A stretch of DNA of 61,745 nucleotides, the filler included, from Sphacelaria rigidula (taxonomy: Eukaryota): NCBI GenBank assembly GCA_964200075.2. It is 10 parts of 10 records of this genome, joined end to end, with 100 filler letters (N's around TTAATTAATTAA, not from the genome) between each part and the next. Parts side by side here need not be neighbours in the genome. Positions count along the whole stretch, not along the records: positions 1 to 6,085 come from CAXNAA020022338.1; positions 6,186 to 12,270 come from CAXNAA020022339.1; 8 more parts are not named here. The stretch is one strand, 5' to 3'. The notes beneath the pieces are model-generated. The model was not told where the DNA came from, did not search any database, and saw only the letters and a program-made list of their open reading frames with translations. Shown here piece by piece: positions 1 through 12,370 of the stretch. Position 1 is the first letter of the stretch; each line of letters starts with the position of its first letter. A program made the translations under genes and the position numbers.

Positions 1-297
1 TATTTTCTGGTATCGCCACTTCCCGAGACAGCCACAGCTTAAACACTTCCTCATGGGTGTCTCACCAGGGGGGGGAGAGGTTCAGGCGTTGTCGTGAAAA
101 AATGGTATCCACCAGGCTAAAATCCCCCAAATCAAGGAAGAAAATAAAAAACGACACCACCCACTTTGTTTCGTTGATTGTGCCCTAGCCACGGCCCACA
201 CAAAGTTTCAAAACACCAAACGTTGGCCGGTAAGTGGCCCGCAAAATACTGTTCCGATTTTCTTCTGACCCCGTCAATGAACGTCCCACTGTACTAA

Positions 298-537
298 ACG
301 CCCAATATTTCGAGTTGGACCCTGAAATTTGATGTAGACAATGAATAGGGTATAATAAATCTAAATACCAGTGCACACAAAGTTTTTTTCATGAGTTGAG
401 GGCAATAGTCAGTTTCCAGGTATCAATGAAATGTCTCGAAGTCACGAAGAAAACTCGTGTGCACTGGTATTTGTTTTTACTATGCCCTCTTCATTGTCTA
501 CATCAAATTTCAGGGTCCAACTCTGAGTATTGGCCGT
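298..537. mobile_element. MITE-like foldback element (~240 bp, ~100-bp imperfect inverted arms)
   Basis: 298-~400 (gagttggaccctgaaatttgatgtagacaatgaa...ccagtgcacac) is the reverse complement of ~435-537. This explains the shared peptide in ORFs 185..376(-) and 396..1022(+). Confidence 0.75.
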
Positions 538-793
538 ACGATGGACCTGCAAGCTACACATGCGCTTCTCGGCTGGCACAGCTCGTAACTTGGCTGATTT
601 TCAGTCCATGTGTGCCTTTCTTTGCCTCTACCGCTAGCGTGTGCATACAGCTACACGCCGATATCCTACTCAGGGATATCAAGGGGCTCAGTGGTAAACT
701 ACTACAGAAAGCATTCATTCATTTCCTGACCGTTTTTCACTCCCAATCTCACGAAGATGTTGTTTCGACTCCCGGGTCTTGCCCTCACCACAG

Positions 794-946
794 CTGCTCA
801 AGATACAACAGCATCATCAGATCACGCCAGAAGTTCGGCGGCAGTTGTTCATGGGGGGTTGCAGGGGCGACCCCAAGATGGTCAGCACGGCAAATACTCC
901 TAGGTCAGCTGTCTCTGGAACGAGCTCGATGGCTATCGACAGATGA
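794..946 (+). CDS. BYSL: Terminal exon of bystin/Enp1 (40S ribosome biogenesis factor)
   Basis: Acceptor ...ctcaccacag at 793, then LLKIQQHHQITPEVRRQLFMGGCRGDPKMVSTANTPRSAVSGTSSMAIDR*. This resembles the bystin C-terminal motif (LLxxQxHxxIxPEIRREL). Upstream exons were not found in this contig. Confidence 0.62.
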   Translation: MLKIQQHHQITPEVRRQLFMGGCRGDPKMVSTANTPRSAVSGTSSMAIDR

Positions 947-2004
947 GTTCTCATCAAAGCTCGACAGGAGACGCGCGCTGATTGTGATCGCGCCAAACTC
1001 GAACGTCGCCGACGGCGAGTGAGGCCGACAAGGTGCACAGGGCATACCCGCTTGGCTGCGGGGTGTGTGATACACAGCAGCCCCATCTTGCATGCGTGTG
1101 TTGCCTATACTCATTGTAGAATGGGTGTAGACAGGTGACGTGGAGTGCTCACCGGCCATAGCGTATGAGTAATGTGGCATGTAATAAGAAATTGTGAACG
1201 CGTGGAGGTGTCCCCCACTTTGATTGTTACTAATAATTCGCTAGTGTGCACTTGTGGTATGGCGAAGGGCGCCTGCCGGAGAAGAAGTTTATCCAGCTTT
1301 TGCTGATGGTAATTTGATTAGCCTGGGTGCCGACAAGTAGAAAAGGCGAGGCCCATGATTTTTAGTGATCGTTGGGCTAAAGGGCTTATCACATGAGTGA
1401 GCCAACCGGCGCGGCTGATTTTGAGTGTGACAAAAGAATGACGACCAGTGTCGAGGGTCACGGGATCTGACAAATGTGCACATCACGGACCCTCTCGGGT
1501 AACACTGTCGTCACACAGTGTCGGAAGGATCTTTGCCATGGCACGCGGTACCTCGATCGATTTGTATGTCTGGCACGGGTTTCATGTTGGTACATAGTCC
1601 CCCTCTCACTTGCCATTTTGCCCGTTGCTGGGATTGTGATGCACTTCGTTGCGCCACCGGTGTGTATGCGTGTGTGACATGTGCACAAAGTTGAAATGGT
1701 TCCTAAAATATATCGGATGGGGGATGGGTGTGAAGACAATCGCCCAAGACTCGGGAATTCGCAGCTCAGCTCAGAAATTTTCAGCCTTTGCTCAAGCAAG
1801 GTCACGAGTGTCCGAGACTATGCTGTTGCGTAGCGAACATTCCACGTGTCGGTCTACGACACTGTCGCTGATAGCCAAGAGGAACGCGAAATCGAACATA
1901 TGTAATTTTTGGTTTGGAGTAGTTGGAGAGGTATCAGTAGAACAAATATTCAAGACGTTTGCAAGTGCGTCTATTTGGTGTAGTATAGTCATCTCCGAAC
2001 CCCC

Positions 2005-4085
2005 TCATGCCCTGCCCTGCTGGATGATTGTTGACAGATGCCGCGAGAAGGCGTGCATCGGGAAACCCATGACGTTGAAGTAACACCTGTATGAGCGCAC
2101 GCGGCAAGCCGGAAAGCGCTAAGTGAACGGAGGACCCCTGACACATATCAAGATATCTCTGTTTGATGCGTAACTACGTTATCCCGAACGCCATGAAAAA
2201 CTGTGACTGCATGCATACGTCTATGAGGTATCTCTTCCCAGCTGATGACTCTGTATGCTTTTGCTCAACGTGAACTTTCGCAGCTTCCGAAACGCGGCCT
2301 AGACCGCCGTTTCAGAAAATGATGTCAGAGAGGAAGGGGAAAGTGGCACAAGATTGGATTGTGCAGAAACAAAAGTAGTGAGATCCACGTCAAGGTTTCA
2401 TGGTTGACGGCTGACGTCATTCACGAAAAGGTCGAGTAGATGGCACGGTGTAGACGTTGCGATCATAAGCTCACCCGTCAACCTTTTTCACAAGTTGTCC
2501 ACCAGCGCCTTGAATCCCGTAAGAGCCGCTTTTGTCCATCGGCTCGCGTGTTCTGGTCATAGCATAACGATCAAGAACGCCGCATGATAATGTGCTAGAC
2601 AACGGCGGGCAGCGTTGGTTGTACGGACCATCTTCCCTTGATTGCAGCGGGAAACTCAACTATAGTGTGCATATCTCCAGCCAACCGCATCGCGGTCCCA
2701 CCCACTAAGGATTTTCTCTCAAATATCGCGGCAATTAAGCTGACACGCAGGTATTGCTCCTCTATATGGCAGTTGAGTGCCACGTCTCAAGTGACTCGGT
2801 TACGGCTAAGTCTCGACCGTAGCAGTACTGGCAGGTACCACGTGAGAACTGCGCATGCGGAGGTCGTTTTGGACTAATGGAGAATAACACTTTTTTTTTA
2901 CAAGGTGAGAATGTCGCACAACTCCTGGCCCCAACGACAGCGGTACTCCAGTACTTCACGCGGATGAAAAGAGGAAAGGCTCACAGGGCTAATCCAGTAA
3001 GTGGGGTTGTGTTGCAAATAGAAGAAGGGAGAACAAAATATGAGCAACAACAAGTAGTTTCGACTCCCAGTTACACCACTGCAGTAGTGACGCAGTGCAA
3101 CTCTTCAATAGGGCTGCGCTTGAAACCTTCGAGCCGACGCGTCTCTCATGGAATACGACTGACAACAGACGGGATCAAAATAGGTTGAAGGGAACTTCTA
3201 CAAAACAAAAACGAAGATGTTTACACATCATTCATCAAAATCATCCACGCGGCACTCCTGCCAAAACGCCGGCCAAGAGGGTGGTATGGTATAAATCGCC
3301 GCAGCAACATTTCAGACAAACATCGGAAAACATGGGAGGACTATACCGGGCTTACCGGATGTACGCTCGAATCTCCTCGGGTGTGAGGGTGGCGAAAAGC
3401 ACCTCTGTTGTCTCACAAAAGCTAACCGCCGCATCGGTCTTCCCTAGTTTCTCAGTGAAGATTGACACCCCCGAATGCACCAGATGTTTCCTTCCGCTCA
3501 GACTGGACAGCATAGAGAACGCATGCTCGTCATCTGTGGGTTTTTCCAAGATACGACCATCCAGCTGTTTTTGTATTGTGCGCAAGAGCGTAATACGGTG
3601 ACGGGGGGCATTGCGAGGGGGGAGGGCGGGGCAGGACCGGATTCTTGTCTGTTTCATGGTGTGGGCATAGAAACGGGAATAGTCATGGAAGAGAAACGAA
3701 ACTCAGTTGATAGAGGGTGGTATGGTAACAACAACTTGTGTAATGGTCAGCCCACTTGACCGCCCTTCCAAACGAGTCGCCTTCGCCTCAAACTTCCGTT
3801 ACACCCCAAAATACGGTCGATATCTACGGATTGTGAAGCAAGACAAAAACACTCACTATTGCCTGATGCTCCCAAAATTTGGGAGGGAAAGAACAGGAGG
3901 AACACCCTATTGGTACAGTCGCTCAGCAGGCGGCGTTTGAGCGGGCTGCCGACTATACTTGACTATTTTGTTTTCAATCTCATCATATGCCACCGCACTC
4001 AAGCCGCACTTGCCTCCACAATTGTGTCCGACCCAACTACCACCACTGGATCCCCTGCTGAGACACCCAGTACACGCCCTGCAAC
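2005..4085 (-). CDS. maf: Maf/YhdE-family nucleoside triphosphate pyrophosphatase, 5'-partial; exons 4085-4014, 3564-3356, 2552-2475, 2086-2005
   Basis: The spliced product VAGRVLGVSAGDPVVVVGSDTIVE|LDGRILEKPTDDEHAFSMLSSLSGRKHLVHSGV...EEIRAYIR|TREPMDKSGSYGIQGAGGQLVKKVDG|CYFNVMGFPMHAFSRHLSTIIQQGRA* carries the Maf motifs GxDT, ILxKP, LSGRxH, EPMDKxGxYGIQ and NVxGxP. Intron phases (0,2,2) are consistent. N-terminal exon(s) not identified. Confidence 0.92.
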
Positions 4086-6085
4086 CTGAGCGGGAACGGA
4101 GAAGAAAAACATGAAGGCAACCGGGCTACAGTTAGTATAGGGTAGATGCTGGACTAGACATCAAGGAGACTGCAAGTGCTAGAATCAGCACAATGAAGGC
4201 GCAATAATTTTTCACGACGGGCGAAAAACGGCGGTCAACTTCACGGTTTGCAAGTGCTACCTCTAGGATGTCCACGTACAATCTCGAGTAGCACTTGATC
4301 CATGACGTACTGTAGAGGTAACTCTTCATCGTCGATGTGTCTGATAATGTTGACGGAAGACTTGTGCGACACAGGTGGATATTTGCATGTTCAGAGTTCT
4401 CGAGTGTACGAATTCGGGTCGTGTCTGGTGTTCAAATCGATTGTGGACTCATGAGTGTCCCGCAATGCATTTCGCTAGCGTGGTGGTGTTGAGCCCTATT
4501 CACCGAGCTGAGGCTTGATTTTATTGCCGCACGACCCCCATCTTCCACCGTTTCTCCGCAAATCTCGTTGCCCCGCATGACGCATGTCATACTATGGAGC
4601 AAATTGATGGAACCGGTCACTCTGTCATTCAGGCAGAGGCGCGCTCACCCCTGCCCTCGCTCACTTTCACGCCCGACGGCTTGTTTCTCTCTGGGCGAAT
4701 CCAACTGCCTATCCATTTGCTGTGGATTCGTGAGAAAACTCGTCTCCTCGTAGAGTAGGGGACTATCGGCGACGCAGGTTGGGCACTTAGGAACAGCTCT
4801 CTGCCCGGTCGGACAAAATGAAAAATAATGGCTCATGATGAAATTGGGTCGACCTTTTCTCTTTCTAAATTTCACCGAAAAAAATGTGAGCTTAATGTTG
4901 CTTCCGGCTGTGGAGAGCGGTGCTTGCTTTTTGTCTTCGAAGGCAGGAGTCCCCCAGGGAAGGTATACAGGCTGGTTCATGTTCACGCAAAATTGTCATC
5001 AGCAAATGTATTTCGCAGTAGCTACCCTATAGTCCCCGATGGACAGCTGAAGAGCGTGACATAGCCGGATTTGTGTTTAAGGCCTAGTGGTGGCGCTAAG
5101 GGCGAAAATGTACCTCGACCAATCAACACCCTTCAACTTGTTCAGAAATCGAAAATACACATTCCAAGCTCAATTTTCATCCAATCTCAACATGTTTCAA
5201 ATCGTAGAAACCGCCATCACCTCCGTAACCCAACAGAGAAAACGATCTGAAAATGATTATCACGGGGTCAAATAATACCCGAAACCGTGGTGCTTCGGCG
5301 ATGTGGGGTTTTGGCGTAGTCTATTTTCTACTGATACGCACGAAAGACCCAGGGAGCCTCGTGACCGTTTCCCTTATATATGTCGTAGAAAAGCTCAGAT
5401 CGTCCTCAGACTTGGTAGTTCCGTAGGTATGAATGTTCCGAATGGAAAAATTATATTTTCAGAAATATCCATAGTTTCTCTGTTCTCTACCGCCTTGGGG
5501 GGTCCCAGTATGAGGACTTTTGGAAGGCGGTACGGAACGCCTCAACAGAACAAAAATAAATAATGCGTCCCGGGGTAATCCAACGAACATATTAAAAAGG
5601 TTTGGTCGAGGAACTCGAAGGCCTCAAAGAGTTTTTCTCACCTTGACGTTGAATTCACCCCCAAAATATGTTATGATACTAAAACCAAGTAGTCAAGAGT
5701 TTGAACGTTCGAAGCTCACATCATCGCACAAAAGCGCAAAACTTCACGCAATTTTTAGGAGTCAGGCCGGATGTTATGGCAACAGATTTATCGTTTTTTT
5801 GGGTGAAAAAATCCGTGGCCAAGATTTGGGGCCCGAGTCCCACAGATTTTTGGGCAAACTGGCGGGGGTCGGCAAGCACAGAATTTTGCACACGGATTTT
5901 TGCGTTTTGGCAGGCAGACCGTCATAATGGGGTCACGCCGCGTTTTTCTTGGATATAACGGCGTGCTGGCTGCGCCTTTGTGAGTGATCCTGTCGACAAC
6001 AACCAACAACACACGAAGCAACCACACGCCGCAGCCGATGCGCCATGGAGCCCGCTTCGCGCGTACGAGACAAAAAACGACACGC

Positions 6086-6185
6086 NNNNNNNNNNNNNNN
6101 NNNNNNNNNNNNNNNNNNNNNNNNNNNNNTTAATTAATTAANNNNNNNNNNNNNNNNNNNNNNNNNNNNNNNNNNNNNNNNNNNN
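6086..6185. other. Artificial contig spacer N44-TTAATTAATTAA-N44 (same spacer at 12271-12370, 18456-18555, 24641-24740, 30826-30925, 37010-37109, 43194-43293, 49378-49477, 55562-55661)
   Basis: Nine identical 100-nt spacers with a six-frame stop linker. The segments between them are 6085,6085,6085,6085,6085,6084,6084,6084,6084,6084 bp. Confidence 0.98.
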
Positions 6186-6635
6186 TACGAATTCTGTGCT
6201 CACATTGTCTCGCCGGGTATAAACTGCGCCAAGCAGAAAGAACAACTCACATGCTAATATGAGCCAGCAGTGCCCCCCGCTTGCCGCGGTGTCGGGCTCA
6301 CGTTTAGTCTACAAAGCTGCCGCTGTGATAAGTACGGACACGAATCAAGTCTTCCCGCTGCCTATACCCAGCCCATGACCTCAGCTTTCACGGTAACAAC
6401 TTCATGTTGTGTCGACCGGCGCCCGGGCTTGCCTATTCGAAGCTTGCGGCCTTTTCGATCACTTCTCTTTTATCAGCGCATCGTGTGTAGCACAACGTTG
6501 TGACAGCTAAGCACGTATCTCATCCGGTACGGGTCCGTTTGCTCCGTGCGATGGCTTGAACGATAGCTAGAGACTGTGTGAGTGTTTTCCATGTGTTGCT
6601 GTGTCCATGCGTGGCTTGTGGGACGGATGCTGAAC

Positions 6636-6747
6636 GTTGACGGATGTAACAGATTACGTCAATGTTGGCGGATGTAACACAGTACGTCAATGTTGGCGGA
6701 TGTAACACAGTGCGTCAATGTTGGCGGATGTAACACAGTGCGTCAAC
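6636..6747 (+). repeat. 28-bp tandem repeat x4 (gttggcggatgtaacacagtrcgtcaat)
   Basis: Four consecutive near-identical units read directly. Confidence 0.9.
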
Positions 6748-7084
6748 ATTGACGTAAATAGCAAAACCCTAGATTATATCTGAATCGGTTGTGGGGTTAT
6801 TAGTCAAAGTGTGCCTGGCTTAACATCGAGTATCTTTCTGTGGTTAAAATGGCATCGCGCAAGATCTTTGCGGTCGATTCGACCTCCGCGCGGTAATTTC
6901 ATCGGCACCATTTTGCCGTATGTCACCGTCGGCTGCGTTTTCCAAGTTAGACCGCATCGCGGCTGACAAGACCGTTATCGCGCCGCGCACTCGAATCGGG
7001 AGGGCTAGGGAGAAGGTACCTAAATAGAATGCCTTTACATTTCGCTCGCACGAGATTTCTTGCGGCTGGGATCTAGATATTAAT

Positions 7085-10000
7085 ATGAACACACCAACTG
7101 TTTCACGTCCAACGCCCAATGTGAACAGCCCATCACAGCCGTCGCTTCCTCCCCTTGAGGCTATGGCGGAGCAACTGGGCGTCGACATGGCTTCAGAGCC
7201 CCACTTACTGTAAGATCAAAGCCGATCAAAACATGCTACAACAACCTTCTGCCAACACATCACGGTCCTTTCGTGGAGTAGATAGTATGTCACCATCTTC
7301 TTTGCCGAGTTTCGCCGCGGTGGCATTCTATGAATATGGGCTAGCACAGGCCGCAAGTTTTCTGTACTTCATCTCAACTCAGCGTAGTGTGTACAACCAA
7401 TACCAATATAACCGGCTGACTGTTGTGGTATGGGTTGCTGCCGTTCATGTATAGACATTGCAGCTACTGACTGCGGTCGTAGAGACTAGCTGATGCTGGT
7501 GATTGTAGGCTGTGCTACAACCCTCTCTACACAGGAAAATTGCTGTCACTATAGGAGCTCCAAAGCAATGGGATCAATTATTGTAAAGCGTCCTCCTCCA
7601 CAACGCACCTCTATTTACTGCCCTACACAGATTTTCGCCAACGGCACAATGTGCAACTTGCCTCGTGAAAATTCGAATATGATGCATTCCAAGGCACACA
7701 AAGCACATCTGCCACACGGTGGCCCTGAAAACTATCCTCCATGACTCCTACCCGTCTCTCTCAAGGCACATCGTATCTGCCATGCAGAGTACCCCGCTTC
7801 CACCAACATGGGCGGAGGTGGACGGCAGTAAACCAAGCGAGTACGACCCGCAACCTTCAATGTCTCAAACAGCCAACAGTGAGGAGTCGGACGGCCGTCT
7901 TCGAAAGCGAGAATACGTAAACCGTGTGACGGGAGTGAGGACATCACAGCACCCGGGAGCGGCATACTTTTCGACAATGGTTGAACGAGTAAGGATGTCG
8001 AGGTGTACAGGCGTCATGCAGGATAGACCTCAGAGACTGAGCAGACCTCCTCCTGCAGAGAAAGAGGCAGAGCAGCATGTAGCTGGCGGAACCCCAAGGT
8101 GAAAAACCCGCTTGGTTGTTGGGCCCATTGACATCGACACTGTTTTTTCGGACATCTCCGAAATTGTCGGGACTGGCAAGGTACCTGACTATTCTCGAAT
8201 TCTTGCGAGCGCAACGACGTATTCACAGGGCAACCCTCCGAAGTGCCGCGGTGCAGTCCGAGTTTTCCGGACTCCTCCAAAAATAAAGCTTCGGGGGAAA
8301 AAATGAAGTCGTCTTCTATTCTCGGAGAAATGTGAACGCACAGTCCGGAAACTCTGACAAATTTCTGAGATTTCTGAAGAAAACAGTGTCGATAATGATA
8401 GGTATATTCAACTTGCGTGTTGGCGTGAGCAGCCCTTGGACGAGGTCACAACAGCCGTGGATCTTCATCCACCATGTCTGGTCTATTAATAACAAAAGTA
8501 CCGTAGGTGGTGAGCTCGTGGTGTCAGCAACGGTGCTGTGGATGTGTTCAGCTCTACTATTCGGGTTCAAATGGGGTGTTTCCCTGATAATTGTGCGTTC
8601 ATCCTGTGGGTCTCCGTGATCATATGTCAGGATAGTTTGTCGAGTGTGATGCGGGATTAGCAAACAGTGCCAACCCGTGATACTCCTGAACTTACGATAC
8701 CCGGTGCCCATCTCTCTCGTGATCGATCAGCTCGGCCTGTGGCCTTCACCCTTATGTTGGAGCATTTGTTTCGTTTCTTCTTCTCTGGCATGCCTCTCCC
8801 CACGCCTTTACACCGTTCATGATGGAGTAGTCCGATGTGTGAGGATGGATCTGAGAGTGAAAAAAAACTCGAGAGGACAACGGAATCATGTCAGGACGGA
8901 ATTCGAGTCACGAGTACTAGCGAGATTCATCCTGAATCAGGAGACAAACGCGGGAAAGCCTACAAGGGGCGGACGCCCGTGCCAGCTTGGCTGTCTTTCA
9001 CGTCTTGGTGGCATGTACGTGTGCGAAAAGTTAGGAGCATGTACTCTGCAGGTCTTCGGTTCAAGTCGAAAAAATAAGTTCGCTTCGCCGTGTCAACTTA
9101 GGGTGTCGCACGATCTTGAAGGCCGCGCGAATCACTTGGGAATTACAGTTAGTTGTCGCTCGAACGATGAAACTGTGTTGTAACACCAAAGCTCTGTTCC
9201 GCATGTACTCATGAGTATAACGAGGGAGGTGTGTGTATGGCACCTGAGTTTCTACTGCCGGGTGTCGAGTACACCCCTTATTTTTCATCTTCGCGGACAG
9301 GGTTGGCAGAAACAACTTCGCTGACGTTTTCCCATCACCATTCTGCAAGGCGTGTCAGACACCTCAATGGTCTATAACAAACAACAAATCAACTTCATAC
9401 ACACCTTGCATCAGGAAACCACACGCGGGACAGAAAATATCGTGTCCAGGAAACACGCATCCATTCGATTTGAGATCACCACCGGCTCCTTTGAACTCGA
9501 GTTAGAAGATATGCCCGTCGTATTCGTGGTGTCGTATGCCACGGGAAGGTGAGCGGCAAACACCTGCAACGTGTTCCATCCACAAAATATACATCGGGGC
9601 AATATGGAAGCAACAACGGAAGAAAGTCGAAGCATCATACCTCTATCCTTGAGCTGACTTATTCGAGTATGTTTTGTTCATCGATCAATAGTGAATTGAC
9701 GTATTTTGCGCCAGGGAACAAGCACCAGTCTTTCCCTGAATTAAGAAAGGCTAGAAAGGCATAGTCGGATAGAGCGATGCCGGTCAGCAGCTATATTACG
9801 AGATCTGGGTGTTGACTGTTCTAGATACGCTGCGAGAAGTTCGGTTTCTGTGTCAGGTGCTGATATACAACAGTAGCAAGATGCCAAGTTGAGTTTTGTA
9901 CACTCGATGTTTGGACGGAAGCTGAAACGTTTTGTGCACGCTCGAAATTCCTATAAATTGCGCAGAAATTGGAAACCGCCCATCGACGGATCAGTTCAAT

Positions 10001-10793
10001 TCAGTTGGTTCAACAAGCGGTACTGTGTGTGAACTTGAGATCTCTCTCAAATTCAGTGATTCATGCCGTCAGGATTTCGGTCATATTGAAATATTAGCGT
10101 TTTAGGGACCGCGCATAGCTTACCTTCAAACACTCTCACGCGAATGAACAACCAGTATGTCTTCAATAATCTAGGAACATCGATGTCTAGTAAAGAAAAA
10201 AAAATGTTCGAAAAACACCATGTGTGTGCTCCTTTCCACCACCACCTTGGTAATTGCATCCCGATCAAGTGAGCCTTCCACAAAGCTCAAGCGTCGACGT
10301 ACGCGCACTTGTCTGCAGCCTTTCCCTCGTGTTGTCTCGCTCGCCGCTTCAATGGCTCTATATACAAACTGCCAGTCGATGAACCTCAACATGCTCAGAG
10401 AGGGCGACCTACGCCCAGCCATACGAATATATCGGCAGCGGCATTACACGGGTTATTCCTGAGTATCGTGGGCTCCTGAAACTAGTGGAAAATACCGTTC
10501 GCGATTTCGAGAGTGTAGAAATGCTCCCGTGTATTTCTGTCCATCGATAAGAGTATATCGTCAAGCTACGGGCCGCCTTGCGGTGGCGATAGCAAAGTAT
10601 GTCCGTCACCCAACCTTCACGTGCGTCATTCGGAATCAACTGTCAAGTTTTCAGTACTCACGGGCCCGTTCCTTGAAAATCGCGCGTTTGATTTGCTCAT
10701 GACGCAACCACAAGGTACGGAAAGGTGGGATTGCTGGATCTATTCGTTGGAGCACAGATTAACATTCTCGGGCGTCAGATGCACCTAATGCAG
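7085..10793 (+). CDS. CEP164-like WW-region plus DM10-like domain protein, 3'-partial; exons 7085-7209, 7766-8098, 8831-9014, 9415-9548, 10715-10793
   Basis: Phase-consistent GT-AG splicing gives MNTP...LEAMAEQLGVDMASEPHLL|HIVSAMQSTPLPPTWAEV...YVNRVTGVRTSQHPGAAYFSTMVERVR, like the CEP164 N-terminal WW region. It continues to WLSFTSWWH|ETTRG...RKHASIRFEITTGSFELEL...ATGR|YGKVGLLDLFVGAQINILGRQMHLMQ, like the DM10 motif DLxVGxxIxIxGR. The 8831 acceptor is the least certain boundary. Confidence 0.72.
8127..8400. mobile_element. Degenerate MITE-like inverted repeat in intron
   Basis: atcgacactgttttttcggacatctccgaaattgtc near 8133 is inverted relative to gacaaatttctgagatttctgaagaaaacagtgtcgat near 8356-8393. 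Confidence 0.55.
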
Positions 10794-12370
10794 GTACGTC
10801 GAGAACCCTATGGGAGAATGAGAGCGAACGGATGGTGCATGTCTGGAAATTACTCCATTCTCCGGAATGCGTACGTTCCGTCACTTTGTGGATGATGTCC
10901 TCCTTTCTTCAGAAATGTAGGAATATATACAGTTGTGTCTGATAGACACATGAGCGATCACAAGCGACACGACAGCCAAGTACCTGTCAAGAGTGGTCCC
11001 TGAAAGTTTGCTTTGGCAAGATCCACTGAAGAACGACTTGATTCATTGCTTTCTCATTCGGTCCGGCCGACTTAAAGTCACTCGTGTCCGATGGATTACC
11101 GTCTATGACAAACATGTTAGAAACGTCGTTTCATAGAAAATGTGCGACGTAGCAGTACCTCACCAGGTTTTCAATTACGTCCTCTTTATCGGCGCCAAAG
11201 ACGCCGCGAACGGCCTCACCCTCACGCGTGTGGCTAAACACGCGCACGCAAGCAGCCGTGACGCGTATCGCACGCTCCGACACTGGCCCCCACTCAAGCT
11301 CTGACCCCGAATAGTTTCACTCTCTCCACACTACAGCGCCCGAAGAATGGCAGTTGTCATTATTTTCGAACTATGTGATAGAACACAGTCCACGGCATCT
11401 TCGTAAGAGCGCCGGGTGAGTGCCATGACCGTGCCGCGGAACCTTCATGATGCCCTCATAAAGGCACCGCAGGGCCGCCATGGCAGTATCGTGAAGGTAT
11501 CGGGCTATGGCTGGAACTACCATCGTACTACTGCTATTCTACTTCCATGGGCTACTCCTTTCATGGCAGCACGATGCTAACAATGACATCTCCATCGTAT
11601 TGCCGTCATGTGACCGTCATACACCACCATAGGATTATCACGGAGGTACATTAACACCTCCACAGCAGAAGTCTTGTATAACGCAAACAAGAGTGAACGA
11701 AGTGGAGGAGAATCAAGAGCATCACCCTATACATGTACAGACTATTCGTACACTTTTACTAAGCCACCAAGTTCGTGCTCCTGCTTGCTCTGTTACGTAC
11801 ATCGACTGCCGAGGTGGGAATTACCAGGATCTTGCTTGCCAGGATATGAAAATCCCTGGCCACACCGTCACTAACGGGTCCCCAAAAGATCGATGAAATA
11901 CCTGTGCCTGTGCTTTGACATTTGCCTCTCGTGTATCTCCCGTTATACCACGAGGCGTGGTATCCCAAGTAAAGTTCCGCCATGATACATTGTGCTTGTG
12001 CACCGCAAGCTACCATAATGATACCATCGTAGTGTCGTTCTAGAGTCTACTGTCCACCAAGATGCTCCCCCTGGTAAGATACGGATGCGTCGTCAATGGT
12101 CAAACGACTAAGGCAAGCAACAAATGAGTACGCTTCTTCCCTCCCCGTCTCCCTCACCTCTAGACTCTTGGGTTGGCGTCGAGTGGCAACGGCGCTGTAA
12201 AAACAAGCCACCAAAACCTAGACAAATGTACAGACTGCCACTGTACATATACCGGGGACCGCCACTAGAANNNNNNNNNNNNNNNNNNNNNNNNNNNNNN
12301 NNNNNNNNNNNNNNTTAATTAATTAANNNNNNNNNNNNNNNNNNNNNNNNNNNNNNNNNNNNNNNNNNNN

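Noticed and set aside
396..1022. 208-aa ORF and most other ORF-track entries (e.g. 27706..28491-, 17308..17934-, 51714..52265+)
   Set aside because: They have no recognisable domains and are chance frames, antisense shadows of TE genes or translations of repeats.
4262..4801. Candidate upstream Maf exons
   Set aside because: Splice-like signals exist, but no frame encodes the Maf N-terminal LASxSPRR motif.
6130..6141. Recurrent TTAATTAATTAA as a biological motif
   Set aside because: It always sits centred in N-runs, so it is a synthetic six-frame stop linker.
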